A stretch of 64,000 nt of DNA from the IMG/VR virus record IMGVR_UViG_3300009709_000002, positions 296,228 through 360,227 of that record; one strand, 5' to 3'. Source of the stretch: a virus. Lineage: Duplodnaviria > Heunggongvirae > Uroviricota > Caudoviricetes. The position numbers and the translations under genes were made by a program. Under the pieces are notes generated by a model. The model saw only the letters and a list, made by a program, of their open reading frames with translations, did no database searches and was not told the DNA's origin. Positions within the stretch are counted from its first letter, which is position 1. Each line of letters opens with the position of its first letter. Positions 18,609 to 27,600 of this stretch are shown here, piece by piece.

Positions 18609-18855
18609 CTTCTATAGGTCTAGCTCGGAAGCTGGTGGGTAGTACTTCAATCTCTTCCTTCTGCAGGTACTCTTTGACCTTGACTAGACGGTCGCGCACC
18701 GCGGTGTAGCCGTCGACTCCACCCTGCCAATAGTCTCTAGTTACTTGGTGAACAGCTCTATCACGGGCTCGAGCGCAGTAATCGATGCTGAAGTCCTGGT
18801 GGCCGATGCACTCGTCAATGTTCTCTAAGCTTAGGGTGATTGTTCGGTTTGACAT
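18502..18855 (-). CDS. Family-B protein (EVLPTSFRARPIED)
   Basis: Motif. Confidence 0.7.
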   Translation of the reverse strand: MSNRTITLSLENIDECIGHQDFSIDYCARARDRAVHQVTRDYWQGGVDGYTAVRDRLVKVKEYLQKEEIEVLPTSFRARPIEDASDELPAHTEVRARAPRAPHSNYRNAHSENDGAA

Positions 18856-19174
18856 GAATGATCTTCTGCTGGTAAAGAGCTTCCTGCTCTTCGGTAGGTC
18901 TGGGGCGGCCGAAGCTGGTCGGGAAGAGCTCTTTGAAGGGCTTGTTGACCTCGAGGTAGCGCGCTTTTTCCTTTCGCCAGTAGGTAATCTTAGCCTGATA
19001 TATCTCTACATACTTGAGCACGTTCTCGACGGTGTGCTTGCGGCCAGCGGTGTCGTAAAGGAGACCGTCTTCCGGCTTAGTGTCGGAGAAGTAGACGTCA
19101 TACCAGTAGCGTAAGCTAACGGATTCATACTCGATTATAGAGTCATAGCGTTCGATTACTTTCGGATCGATCAT
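18815..19174 (-). CDS. Family-B protein (ELFPTSFGRPRPTEEQ)
   Basis: Motif. Confidence 0.7.
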   Translation of the reverse strand: MIDPKVIERYDSIIEYESVSLRYWYDVYFSDTKPEDGLLYDTAGRKHTVENVLKYVEIYQAKITYWRKEKARYLEVNKPFKELFPTSFGRPRPTEEQEALYQQKIIHVKPNNHPKLREH

Positions 19175-19487
19175 GCGGAGCTCGCGGTAAGGTTAGTTGG
19201 ATAGTAGCTTCTTCCTGCTCGATCGGTCGTGAGCGCTTAAAGCTGGTCGGGAGTACTTCAGCCACGTGCTGTCGTTCAGCTTCAAGCAGGAGCTCTAAGG
19301 TGTCTTTGCGCTCGGCGATAACTCCCTCGAGGTAGGATTCCATCGACTTGAAGTTCATGACCAGCCAACCTACCGACTCAAGCTCCTTCTCTTCATAACT
19401 CAGCCGAGTCTCGATAGTGCCGTTTAGCATCTTCTCGTACTCTTTGATCGACGTTTCGAGGTAAGCTATTTCTTCCGGGTAGTTCAT
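19143..19487 (-). CDS. Family-B protein (EVLPTSFKRSRPIEQ)
   Basis: Motif. Confidence 0.7.
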   Translation of the reverse strand: MNYPEEIAYLETSIKEYEKMLNGTIETRLSYEEKELESVGWLVMNFKSMESYLEGVIAERKDTLELLLEAERQHVAEVLPTSFKRSRPIEQEEATIQLTLPRAPHDRSESNRTL

Positions 19488-19830
19488 GGGCTTGGTCCTC
19501 TAAGAGACTGGTAGCTTCTAGCGGTCTGGTCTTCTGGAAGCTTGTTGGTAGCACTTCAATCGGTTCTGCTTTGAGAGCTTCTATCTTTCTCTGGTGATTT
19601 TCATTCAGCTCGTCGATGTAGCGGCTGTAGTACTCAATACACGAGATCGCATGGTTGAGGTAACCGTCATCAAAGTCATTCATCTCTCGCTGCAGCTCCA
19701 GCTGAAGGTCTCTTGTTTTTATCCAAGCTCTACGGCACCGGTTCAGCTCATCATATCGTTTGCTGTAATCCAGGTGCGCCCGCTCGTTGATGGTTTCCCA
19801 CATCGCTTGCATCAGATTGTTCATGGTCAT
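19393..19830 (-). CDS. Family-B protein (EVLPTSFQKTRPLE)
   Basis: Motif. Confidence 0.7.
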   Translation of the reverse strand: MTMNNLMQAMWETINERAHLDYSKRYDELNRCRRAWIKTRDLQLELQREMNDFDDGYLNHAISCIEYYSRYIDELNENHQRKIEALKAEPIEVLPTSFQKTRPLEATSLLEDQAHELPGRNSLPRNVDQRVREDAKRHYRDSAEL

Positions 19831-20278
19831 AGGCGTTAAGCTGTCTGCTTTTATTTAGCGAGTTGGGTAACACTTCAACGGTCGCTTCACCTCGTTTTTC
19901 TGCGCAGTTTTTGATGTAGATCTCTGCATCATGCAGAACAGCGAGGTAATGCTTGATCTTCGCCTGGCACAGGTCGATGTGCGCCTGGTCATTAGACATC
20001 TCAGCTTCACCAAGGTGAGCATACCAGCTGGCCAACCAATACGTAGCGGCATTGACCTTCGCTTTATACATACGTTGTTCACGTCGAGCGACTTGGCCGT
20101 GTTCACACTCGACTAGAGCATCAAGAAAGGCTTTCCGTTCCGGTGACTCGCCGAACTCCAGCGCTTCGGCAGTCGGCTTCCGTCCACGTATACTCTGAAG
20201 AATCTCTTCCGATCTGTTCAGCATGATTCGCCTTGTGAGTAAATTTGTTGGGTAGCAGCTCGACATGCCCTCGTTCAC
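19751..20278 (-). CDS. Family-B protein (EVLPNSLNKSRQLN)
   Basis: Motif, divergent. Confidence 0.65.
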   Translation of the reverse strand: MNEGMSSCYPTNLLTRRIMLNRSEEILQSIRGRKPTAEALEFGESPERKAFLDALVECEHGQVARREQRMYKAKVNAATYWLASWYAHLGEAEMSNDQAHIDLCQAKIKHYLAVLHDAEIYIKNCAEKRGEATVEVLPNSLNKSRQLNAYDHEQSDASDVGNHQRAGAPGLQQTI

Positions 20279-20498
20279 ACATCTCTATCATCGAAACGAA
20301 CTTAGCCATGCGCTGCTCGTACTCTATTACAGACGCTAAGATGTTACTCTGTTGCTCAAACGTCAGTTTGACGTTGTGATCCCAGTGATCATCAAGCTGG
20401 CAGAGTAGCCTTTCTCTCGCTCGGCATAAAGATTCGTGGCATCGACGCAAGAAGGTTAGCGTGTCTTCCTGGCTGCTCTGTTCTATCGTCAGCATCAA
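20121..20498 (-). CDS. Family-B protein (ELLPNKFTHKANHAEQ)
   Basis: Motif, divergent. Confidence 0.6.
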   Translation of the reverse strand: MMLTIEQSSQEDTLTFLRRCHESLCRARERLLCQLDDHWDHNVKLTFEQQSNILASVIEYEQRMAKFVSMIEMCERGHVELLPNKFTHKANHAEQIGRDSSEYTWTEADCRSAGVRRVTGTESLS

Positions 20499-20850
20499 TC
20501 ACCCGCTTAGGTTTGTTGGGTAACACTTCTACTACTTGATTCTCGATCGCTGCAAGCTCTTCTATTCTCGCTTTTAGCCAATCGACATTATGCTGCATCA
20601 TCTTCTTAACGATCTTTATTCGTCTAACCAACACAGCTTCCTTAGCAGCATTGTACTCAGGATTATCGCCGGTGCGAGCGAGTCGAATTTGCTCATCGAT
20701 CATTTTATCAAGCTTGCGCCAATCTTGAAACAAAGCGTCGCTCGTCACCACGTACACTTCATAGTGCTCAGCTTTAACTCGTCCGCATGCAGTGATCACG
20801 ATCGACTGATCGTATGGGTCGTAGTTGGTGTACGTGCGTAGTGTTTTCAT
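20392..20850 (-). CDS. Family-B protein (EVLPNKPKRVIDAD)
   Basis: Motif. Confidence 0.65.
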   Translation of the reverse strand: MKTLRTYTNYDPYDQSIVITACGRVKAEHYEVYVVTSDALFQDWRKLDKMIDEQIRLARTGDNPEYNAAKEAVLVRRIKIVKKMMQHNVDWLKARIEELAAIENQVVEVLPNKPKRVIDADDRTEQPGRHANLLASMPRIFMPSERKATLPA

Positions 20851-21190
20851 CTAATTGCCTCTGCTTCTTGAATGAGGTAGGAAGCACTTCAACTGGTGGG
20901 GTAGTGAATGCAGCGATCTGCTCTTTCAATACATCAAGAGCTCTTTCCATCGCAGCATCATGCTCGGTGATTTTCTCTATCGCCTCAGTGTGAAGCTCTT
21001 CATTGTACTTGTCACGCTCTTCATACCACAATCGAACCTGCTCTTCTTCAATTCTTTCCCACTTACGACGTGCCGACCAGAGCTCACCGTGACTTCTTAT
21101 GTACACCATGTATGACGGAACATCCACCTGGCCCCAGACCGTGTTGCACCATGCGACCGGCGTGTTGGTATGAAGGTTCGGTTGATTCAT
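20774..21190 (-). CDS. Family-B protein (EVLPTSFKKQRQLDE)
   Basis: Motif. Confidence 0.7.
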   Translation of the reverse strand: MNQPNLHTNTPVAWCNTVWGQVDVPSYMVYIRSHGELWSARRKWERIEEEQVRLWYEERDKYNEELHTEAIEKITEHDAAMERALDVLKEQIAAFTTPPVEVLPTSFKKQRQLDENTTHVHQLRPIRSVDRDHCMRTS

Positions 21191-21470
21191 GGCTATCCTC
21201 GTGTGGTCTTAGTTTAAATGAAGTAGGAAGCACTTCCGCTACATCTTCGGCATCTTGAAGTTTACTCATGAGCTCGCGCTCTACTTCTCTATTCTTCTCT
21301 ATGAGCTCACTGTAATACTCGATGCCGATCTCGTGCGTCTCGTAAGACAGTTCTTGCTCCAACGCGTTGATGATAGCTCTCGTTATCGTCAATTGATTCT
21401 TCAATTCCGGCGCTGTCATCTTTGTTCTTCTTAAAGCTCGTTGGAAGCACTTCAGGGTGTTGATGTTCAT
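21084..21470 (-). CDS. Family-B protein (EVLPTSFKLRPHED)
   Basis: Motif. Confidence 0.7.
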   Translation of the reverse strand: MNINTLKCFQRALRRTKMTAPELKNQLTITRAIINALEQELSYETHEIGIEYYSELIEKNREVERELMSKLQDAEDVAEVLPTSFKLRPHEDSHESTEPSYQHAGRMVQHGLGPGGCSVIHGVHKKSR

Positions 21471-21774
21471 GGAGTTCTATGACCTTCTTAGCAGCTTGAA
21501 TCGACATCGCTTGGTCTGTCAAAAACTCTGGCTTATAGTGCACAAACAGCCGAATGTAGTCCTTGGCATCTTCGATCGACACCATCAGGTGAGCGTCATC
21601 ATCTCGACCATAAAGTGACAGCATCGTGTACATCAGGTCTCTGAAGTGAACGAACTCGTCCGTCGTCTCATCAGCTGGATTGTTCATGAAAATCCTTGTT
21701 TGCTGCTGACAAGTTGCCAAGATAAACTTCTCGTGCGGTGTTAGTGAGTGAGCACTGCATGAAGATGTCTTCAT
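21307..21774 (-). CDS. Family-B protein (EVLPTSFKKNKDD)
   Basis: Motif. Confidence 0.7.
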   Translation of the reverse strand: MKTSSCSAHSLTPHEKFILATCQQQTRIFMNNPADETTDEFVHFRDLMYTMLSLYGRDDDAHLMVSIEDAKDYIRLFVHYKPEFLTDQAMSIQAAKKVIELHEHQHPEVLPTSFKKNKDDSAGIEESIDDNESYHQRVGARTVLRDARDRHRVLQ

Positions 21775-22111
21775 TCGTTCTTTTCAACTCTCTTTGTTTC
21801 TTCACGAAAGAGCTTGGTAGCATCTCCGTGAATTCTTCATCTCGCTTAGCAAGCTCTATTCTACGTTTCGCTACTTGAAACGTAGTTGAGTTAACGCTTG
21901 CCTCTAACGCTTCGTGCCGATTCTTGAAGAACAAATCGATGTAGAGCTCCGCCTGCTCAGGAGTTATCTCCATGAAGTGCTCATACGTCATGTAACCTTG
22001 CATCATCACGTGGAACAGCTGTTGATAGCGAGGATCTTTTTCTCCAAACGTTTTCGTCTGGAGAATGTCTTTGTCACTCGATAGATGCAGCTGCGGCCAT
22101 GATTGTGTCAT
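21671..22111 (-). CDS. Family-B protein (EMLPSSFVKKQRELK)
   Basis: Motif. Confidence 0.7.
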   Translation of the reverse strand: MTQSWPQLHLSSDKDILQTKTFGEKDPRYQQLFHVMMQGYMTYEHFMEITPEQAELYIDLFFKNRHEALEASVNSTTFQVAKRRIELAKRDEEFTEMLPSSFVKKQRELKRTNEDIFMQCSLTNTAREVYLGNLSAANKDFHEQSS

Positions 22112-22571
22112 GATAAGTCACGATTTCCTGATAAAGATCACCAATATTGCTGTGGATCTTCAAGTTAGGGTCCACCAGGTGAGCTTGAACTTGCACGTCT
22201 AACAGTCGCTCATAACCTGGGTCACATCCAACAAAAATCTTCTTTCCCGAGAGCTGCGATTGAGCGAGCCAATAACCAAACTCAAACAATGTGATCGGAC
22301 AAAGCGTCTCTTTCGGAAACCAGAACGAAATGCAGGTAGCTGCTTTCAGGTACTGGTGCTCCCAGATGATCTGCTGAATCGAGATTTCATGCCGCGAAGT
22401 ATCAAAGTCATTCCGACGTGGATTGATGACCAGGAAGTTCGTCGCCTTCATCAGCAGTTCAGCAAATATCTTTTGCCAGTCGGGGCAGTTTGAGATGCCA
22501 CCGGCTAAAAAGATCGAGAGTAGGTTATGTTCTGGCGTGCGCTCATTAGGCGCTTCGAGATAGTTGTTCAT
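22074..22571 (-). CDS. nucleoside 2-deoxyribosyltransferase-like protein
   Basis: SIFLAGGISNCPDWQ and FLVINP segments resemble the Rossmann-like deoxyribosyltransferase fold; embedded in the Family-B array. Confidence 0.45.
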   Translation of the reverse strand: MNNYLEAPNERTPEHNLLSIFLAGGISNCPDWQKIFAELLMKATNFLVINPRRNDFDTSRHEISIQQIIWEHQYLKAATCISFWFPKETLCPITLFEFGYWLAQSQLSGKKIFVGCDPGYERLLDVQVQAHLVDPNLKIHSNIGDLYQEIVTYHDTIMAAAASIE

Positions 22572-23079
22572 TAGTTAGAAGGGTTGGAGAATTATGCTTA
22601 TGTTGTGCTGTTACATCGACTGCATCATCAATCATCCGCTTCTTATTTAGGAAGGACGAAGGAAGGCATTCTTGCTCTGGAGGCGGCGGCTCAGACATCT
22701 CAACTCCGAGGATCATGTCAGCCATCAGCTTAGGCATCATGCGCTTGATAATCGGTAGCACAACTGGCCCACCAGGAAGCGTTCCCACTAAAGAGCCCTT
22801 GCCACGCGGATTCGGGAAGATGAAATTTTCTGTAGACGACGTTGGATCATACGGAATGAACGCTTCAACTTCATCCTCTGAAAAGCCACCAACATTCGTC
22901 TGATAGACTCGTCCATTTTTGTTCGGCTGACCATCATTTCGCAAGATCATGACATAGCCATCGCGGTTTTCAATCCGGCTTGAGTAGCCTTCATCGCTCA
23001 TTCGTTGCTCCATTGTCTTGTCGATTGAAGATCGTAAATCTACCAGCATTTTCCTGAAGCGTTCCAGAAACTTCTCCAT
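22546..23079 (-). CDS. Family-B protein (ECLPSSFLNKKRMIDD)
   Basis: Motif; start may be an internal Met because of the overlap. Confidence 0.65.
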   Translation of the reverse strand: MEKFLERFRKMLVDLRSSIDKTMEQRMSDEGYSSRIENRDGYVMILRNDGQPNKNGRVYQTNVGGFSEDEVEAFIPYDPTSSTENFIFPNPRGKGSLVGTLPGGPVVLPIIKRMMPKLMADMILGVEMSEPPPPEQECLPSSFLNKKRMIDDAVDVTAQHKHNSPTLLTNEQLSRSA

Positions 23080-23890
23080 CTTCTATCACTCGTTTCTTGC
23101 TAAAAGTTGTTGGAAGCACTTCAACAGGTTCTTCTATCTCAATACCAAAATCTTCACGAAGTTCTTCTAGCTCTTCGACAAGATTAAACGGCGTGTTCAA
23201 AATCTCATTCAGCTCAGCTTCAAGGTTGATGCCGTATTGCAGCTGTAGCTGAATTTGATCTTCATCTGAAATTTCTTTCATACGCCAGAAGTCCATGCCT
23301 GGATTGATGATGCGATTCGGAACTGGCAGTGGTTTGACGGTGATGTCGACATTCAGCTTGCCGTTGTCAATATCTTCCTGCGAGTTGTTCGATTCGTCAC
23401 AAGTGACTTTGTAATCTGTTAGCATAAGCGGAATGTAAGGTGCGTAATAGCAACCAATGTCGGCGGTCGTTGTGCCTCTCAGTTTCACTGGTGGAATTTC
23501 ATCGGCTGGTTTATCCAATGACGAGTGAACGATCATCTCACCAGGTTTGAAACCACCAGTCTTTCCGTATTCAGAGTTCAGATCAATCTTGCGAGTTAGA
23601 ATTTCTCGCTTAATGTCTTCAATATACTTCGCAGTTTCTTCTGTAGTAAAATTGCGCTCGACATCTACGTAGAACACTCGTCTATCAGGTTCGCGAGCTG
23701 TCTTATAGGTGATGACGTTCGATTCAGCGTGCATCGTCTTTGGATAGGGTTTGTTGTGAGTGACTTTTATGGATTGAGTGTCGCCGTCGAAGTCCATAAT
23801 CGGACTTAGATTCCGCCAGTACATCGAATTGATGTCATAGTCAGGGACAAACGCTTTTCTACTTTCGTCACTCACAACTGCACCCCGCAA
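22991..23890 (-). CDS. Family-B protein, long member (EVLPTTFSKKRVIEDGE); first gene of the array
   Basis: Motif; 299 aa. Confidence 0.7.
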   Translation of the reverse strand: MRGAVVSDESRKAFVPDYDINSMYWRNLSPIMDFDGDTQSIKVTHNKPYPKTMHAESNVITYKTAREPDRRVFYVDVERNFTTEETAKYIEDIKREILTRKIDLNSEYGKTGGFKPGEMIVHSSLDKPADEIPPVKLRGTTTADIGCYYAPYIPLMLTDYKVTCDESNNSQEDIDNGKLNVDITVKPLPVPNRIINPGMDFWRMKEISDEDQIQLQLQYGINLEAELNEILNTPFNLVEELEELREDFGIEIEEPVEVLPTTFSKKRVIEDGEVSGTLQENAGRFTIFNRQDNGATNER

Positions 23891-23902
23891 ATAATGTTGG
23901 AC

Positions 23903-24628
23903 TTACTCTTTTACGTAAGCGGTGCCGAACACCGTGTCTTTCAGCTCGACGTTGGTGAGCATGTCGACCGCCGGAATCACACAGAAATCAGGCTGCTCTA
24001 CCACCGGAAACGCCGTTGGAATGATGATCGTAGGACGCTCTCGGATAACCGACTGATTGCAAAACAGCATAGCCAGCTGTTGGTGCGCATAAGAGTACGA
24101 GTACACGATGCGGTGGTGATAGATACCACCGTCGAGTAACTGCGCCTCGAGCGTCTCACCAACACCGCCAAACTGTTGCGCTAACTTTTCAATCGCAGCG
24201 CCATGTGTCTTCCTGACTTCAAACTCATACAGGTAGACATAACGAGTTTCCCACGTGACCATGTCATGCGTGGCACCATAAAAGACGGCACGACCAGGAA
24301 CGATGTTCTTCCGCCAGTGAGTCAAGCTGCTCTTCAGCAGCTCAGCTACACCAGCTAACCAGCTTTCTTCAATTTCGGTGTATGGCGCACGTTCTCGTTC
24401 TTCCAGAGGCAATGCGTAATATGTCTTTACTGCATCGAAATTGTTGTCTGCGTGAGCAGTTGCAAGCTGATACTCAATCAGGTCAGTCGTCAAGTATTTG
24501 AAGTTTCCGCTTGTCGACTGAATTCGTTCCAATAGATAGGCCAGTGCTTCTGTGAAGGTTGTAGGTTTGTCCATCTTCTTCCTTAATAGATTCGTATGCT
24601 CGAACTGGTTTTCCAGGAATGACTTCAC
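23903..24628 (-). CDS. hypothetical protein (downstream part; possible frameshift partner)
   Basis: Long ORF with no separate plausible start clear of the overlap. Confidence 0.5.
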   Translation of the reverse strand: MKSFLENQFEHTNLLRKKMDKPTTFTEALAYLLERIQSTSGNFKYLTTDLIEYQLATAHADNNFDAVKTYYALPLEERERAPYTEIEESWLAGVAELLKSSLTHWRKNIVPGRAVFYGATHDMVTWETRYVYLYEFEVRKTHGAAIEKLAQQFGGVGETLEAQLLDGGIYHHRIVYSYSYAHQQLAMLFCNQSVIRERPTIIIPTAFPVVEQPDFCVIPAVDMLTNVELKDTVFGTAYVKE

Positions 24629-25064
24629 ATTTCTCGGGTCCGGAAACCAGACTATCTACTATAGGTGCAGCCCCTTCTAGCGCTGGAATTGAGCCAATGA
24701 TGGACTCAAGTTCAGCCACAATGTTTGCTTTTTGCCGTTCACTTTCATGCAGCACTAAATGCATGAGATCAGGCGTCATGGTCAGCAACTCAGCCATATT
24801 GTCAGCTTGGCCGGCGATCGCCATCATCTTTTGATAATTTGGTCCACTTTTAAACGAATGAGCCAAATCATTTCGATCAATTTCGACGCCTTGCGCCCAC
24901 AGCACAGATTGAACAGACTCAACACACATGGAGAGCGTATTGATGTAGAATGGAGTCATCTTGGAATTCGGCATGAAAAAGTAGTCGCTGAAAACATCGA
25001 GTACAATATCGCTTCCGTTGGCCATCAGTTGATCTCTCGCCATAAATGCACTGGGCCAACGCAT
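24483..25064 (-). CDS. hypothetical protein (upstream part of a possibly frameshifted gene)
   Basis: Overlaps the next ORF by 146 nt in a different frame. Confidence 0.5.
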   Translation of the reverse strand: MRWPSAFMARDQLMANGSDIVLDVFSDYFFMPNSKMTPFYINTLSMCVESVQSVLWAQGVEIDRNDLAHSFKSGPNYQKMMAIAGQADNMAELLTMTPDLMHLVLHESERQKANIVAELESIIGSIPALEGAAPIVDSLVSGPEKCEVIPGKPVRAYESIKEEDGQTYNLHRSTGLSIGTNSVDKRKLQILDD

Positions 25065-25330
25065 CTCGTACTCAAGATGGTTAGCCCATATTCGTGGAGT
25101 TAAAGGGCAGTCTGTTACAAATTGACACTATAAAACCGTTAAGATCATTATAATACAAGACTGTTACGATGTAAATCAATTTGTATTACTTATCATCGTT
25201 GGTCTGATCTTTATTTTTCTCATCGAAGATTTTGATCATCACGTAAGACATACGCCAAATCTTATCAATTGCTCGCTGCTCTAACGCTGCCTTGCCTGCA
25301 AACTTACCAGGCAGATATTCGCGAAACTCT

Positions 25331-25525
25331 TCAGGTTCTTTTTGCTTCTCTGTCATGGCTGTATCCTTTCATCGCGCTGATCACAGCGTCTCGAAATGAC
25401 TTGCCTTTGAAGGTGAGGTCCATTGAGTGATTGACGTGTACAAAGTGCTCACCACGGCTGTTGATACCATGAAAGCAGTTGTGCACCTCATAAAAATCAA
25501 GAAGATCAGTGTCACTGTATTTCAC
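25331..25525 (-). CDS. hypothetical small protein
   Basis: ORF track. Confidence 0.4.
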   Translation of the reverse strand: MKYSDTDLLDFYEVHNCFHGINSRGEHFVHVNHSMDLTFKGKSFRDAVISAMKGYSHDREAKRT

Positions 25526-25531
25526 AATGCA

Positions 25532-26116
25532 TCACCTAATCAAAGTGTGCCTCATTGCGATGAGGCGTCTAAGTTGTACTGTGTCCTCGTCATCATAGTA
25601 CTTCTTCATGACGATCCGCTTATTGTCTTCCTCGGACGTCTGTGGCACAAAGTCAGCCGTCAGAATGTCATGTGGATAGTTGCCGTGCGTGTAGTCAATG
25701 AACTCATCCCATGGCACAGGCTTGACGTACACTGATGGACGGTCAGGTCGTGTGAACGTCCACCAAAAGTAGAGCTGCAGTTGCTGTTCAGCGATGTCAG
25801 CTTCTGCCGTGGGATACGCATCATCGTCAAGTCGAGTTTGTCGTGACGCTAAAGTCAACGCTACAGTTCCTGCGTTCGCATCCCTGAAGGGAGCATACCA
25901 CTTGTGAACTGGCCTTTTGAACGTGTCGGCATTCATGTATTCGGTCATGCGGTGTTCATAAGCAACTTCAACTTCCACATGGTCTACTAGCATGTTAAAC
26001 ATCGCATGAAGCATCACCTCTGAACTATCGAAGTGATTGCTCTTTGGCAGCTTGCTATCAACCACATGAGTCCGTTGAAGGAACTTTCGATAGGCATTAG
26101 CAAGGAGTTGTTTCAT
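25532..26116 (-). CDS. hypothetical protein; tandem paralog of 26118..26798
   Basis: Shared WW..RPDRP and C-terminal L(R/K)xLIxxRxxL motifs. Confidence 0.6.
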   Translation of the reverse strand: MKQLLANAYRKFLQRTHVVDSKLPKSNHFDSSEVMLHAMFNMLVDHVEVEVAYEHRMTEYMNADTFKRPVHKWYAPFRDANAGTVALTLASRQTRLDDDAYPTAEADIAEQQLQLYFWWTFTRPDRPSVYVKPVPWDEFIDYTHGNYPHDILTADFVPQTSEEDNKRIVMKKYYDDEDTVQLRRLIAMRHTLIR

Positions 26117-26117
26117 G

Positions 26118-26798
26118 TCACGTCCAAAGGTGAGTTCGAATGTCGATAAGCTCTTTCAGCTTCTCAGAGTCTTCTCGCGTGTAATATGCATCGATGACCA
26201 AGATGGTCAACCGCTTAGGGCTTCCTCTTCCACTCACTGTGTACTCCTTCACGAGATCTTCAGGTATTGGTGTGTCACCAAGATACTCAAGGAACAGCTC
26301 CCACGCTTTTGCATCACCTTCAGCATGATATGAGTCTGGCCTGCTTGGACGTTTGTCACGCCACCAGTGGTAGAGCTCACGCTGTTTTCGCGCAGAGATA
26401 GCTTGCAACGTGAGCTGCCCGACACATGGATCATCTGGCGCAAAGCCTTCATCAACCGACCAACGCAGATTGCACTCCCAGTCAAAGCGCTTCTCAGCGT
26501 ACTCTCTGCTTCTAAATCTTTTGAACCACGGGCTCTTGAAGTTGTCATCACCCCAAGTTCCCATCCAAGCGCACTGCACCTCTACGTAGTCGCAAAATGC
26601 AGCAAACGCACCGTAGAGGATTTGATCTTCAGTCTCATGCCACTGACCAGGCTTAAGCTCAGTTCGAATGATGTGAGACCGCGTGATCAGCCTATTTCGC
26701 ACGTATGATCTTACATCTCGTGCGGCACGAATGGATTTGTAACTAATCCACTCAGCTTTGTCTTTAAGAGTCTTTTGATCTTTAAAGTGATATGGCAT
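26118..26798 (-). CDS. hypothetical protein; tandem paralog of 25532..26116
   Basis: Same motifs. Confidence 0.6.
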   Translation of the reverse strand: MPYHFKDQKTLKDKAEWISYKSIRAARDVRSYVRNRLITRSHIIRTELKPGQWHETEDQILYGAFAAFCDYVEVQCAWMGTWGDDNFKSPWFKRFRSREYAEKRFDWECNLRWSVDEGFAPDDPCVGQLTLQAISARKQRELYHWWRDKRPSRPDSYHAEGDAKAWELFLEYLGDTPIPEDLVKEYTVSGRGSPKRLTILVIDAYYTREDSEKLKELIDIRTHLWT

Positions 26799-27103
26799 TA
26801 CACTCTGTCAAGTTCCAACTGCTCGGCCAATTTTGATACTAGACCTCGCGCTCGTTCCAGCTGGCGCAGAATGTCCTTCGATGAGTCATACTCGGCATAC
26901 AAACAATCACGCAGCTCTTCCACGTTGCCTGAAAAACGCTTGATGTGGTTGTTCATTTCTTCTAAACCTTTACGAGCATCTTTTAGAGCGGCCGCAGTCT
27001 TGCATGTTGTTTCTGCTGGTTTACACGTGGTGTAATACTCTTTGAGAGCTTCAGCAGATTCTGGGGTTTGTGGATTATGGGACATCGTCTTCCTCAATGA
27101 CAA
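26798..27103 (-). CDS. hypothetical protein (coiled-coil-like)
   Basis: ORF track. Confidence 0.45.
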   Translation of the reverse strand: MSLRKTMSHNPQTPESAEALKEYYTTCKPAETTCKTAAALKDARKGLEEMNNHIKRFSGNVEELRDCLYAEYDSSKDILRQLERARGLVSKLAEQLELDRV

Positions 27104-27278
27104 TGACTCCCGCCGCAGCTTCGATGGAGTCAGAGTCAGAAATTGATTTCAACAGCAATGCTATGGCTGCAATCCCGAACAGAAATGCGGCTGCCAGTAG
27201 CACGTAAAAGACGGTAGTGAAAGCTTCAATACCATCGAAAACCGTCATTGACATGTGATTCTGTGATGATGTAAAACG

Positions 27279-27500
27279 TTAGGCTTTTTGCTGATGTTCA
27301 AGCAGATCTGCGAGGGCTCGAAGCTCCGAAGGGCTAAATCTGAACATCATCGTCGGAGTGATGAACGTCCACGGTGAGATGATACCAAAGAGGTTTGGTT
27401 TCATGATCTCTGGCGTCATCGTTACCATTCGAAATCTAGTTTCCTCGCCATCACTATCTATTCCAACAAATTCCGATTGCTTCTTAATCTTTGCGATCAT
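27279..27500 (-). CDS. hypothetical small protein
   Basis: ORF track. Confidence 0.4.
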   Translation of the reverse strand: MIAKIKKQSEFVGIDSDGEETRFRMVTMTPEIMKPNLFGIISPWTFITPTMMFRFSPSELRALADLLEHQQKA

Positions 27501-27600
27501 TCTACCACCACTACAACTTACTTGTTATTTGCACTGCTTATGGTTCATTATATAACCAGCATCACCAGATGTACATTCTTAGATGATGCTGGTTACACTT

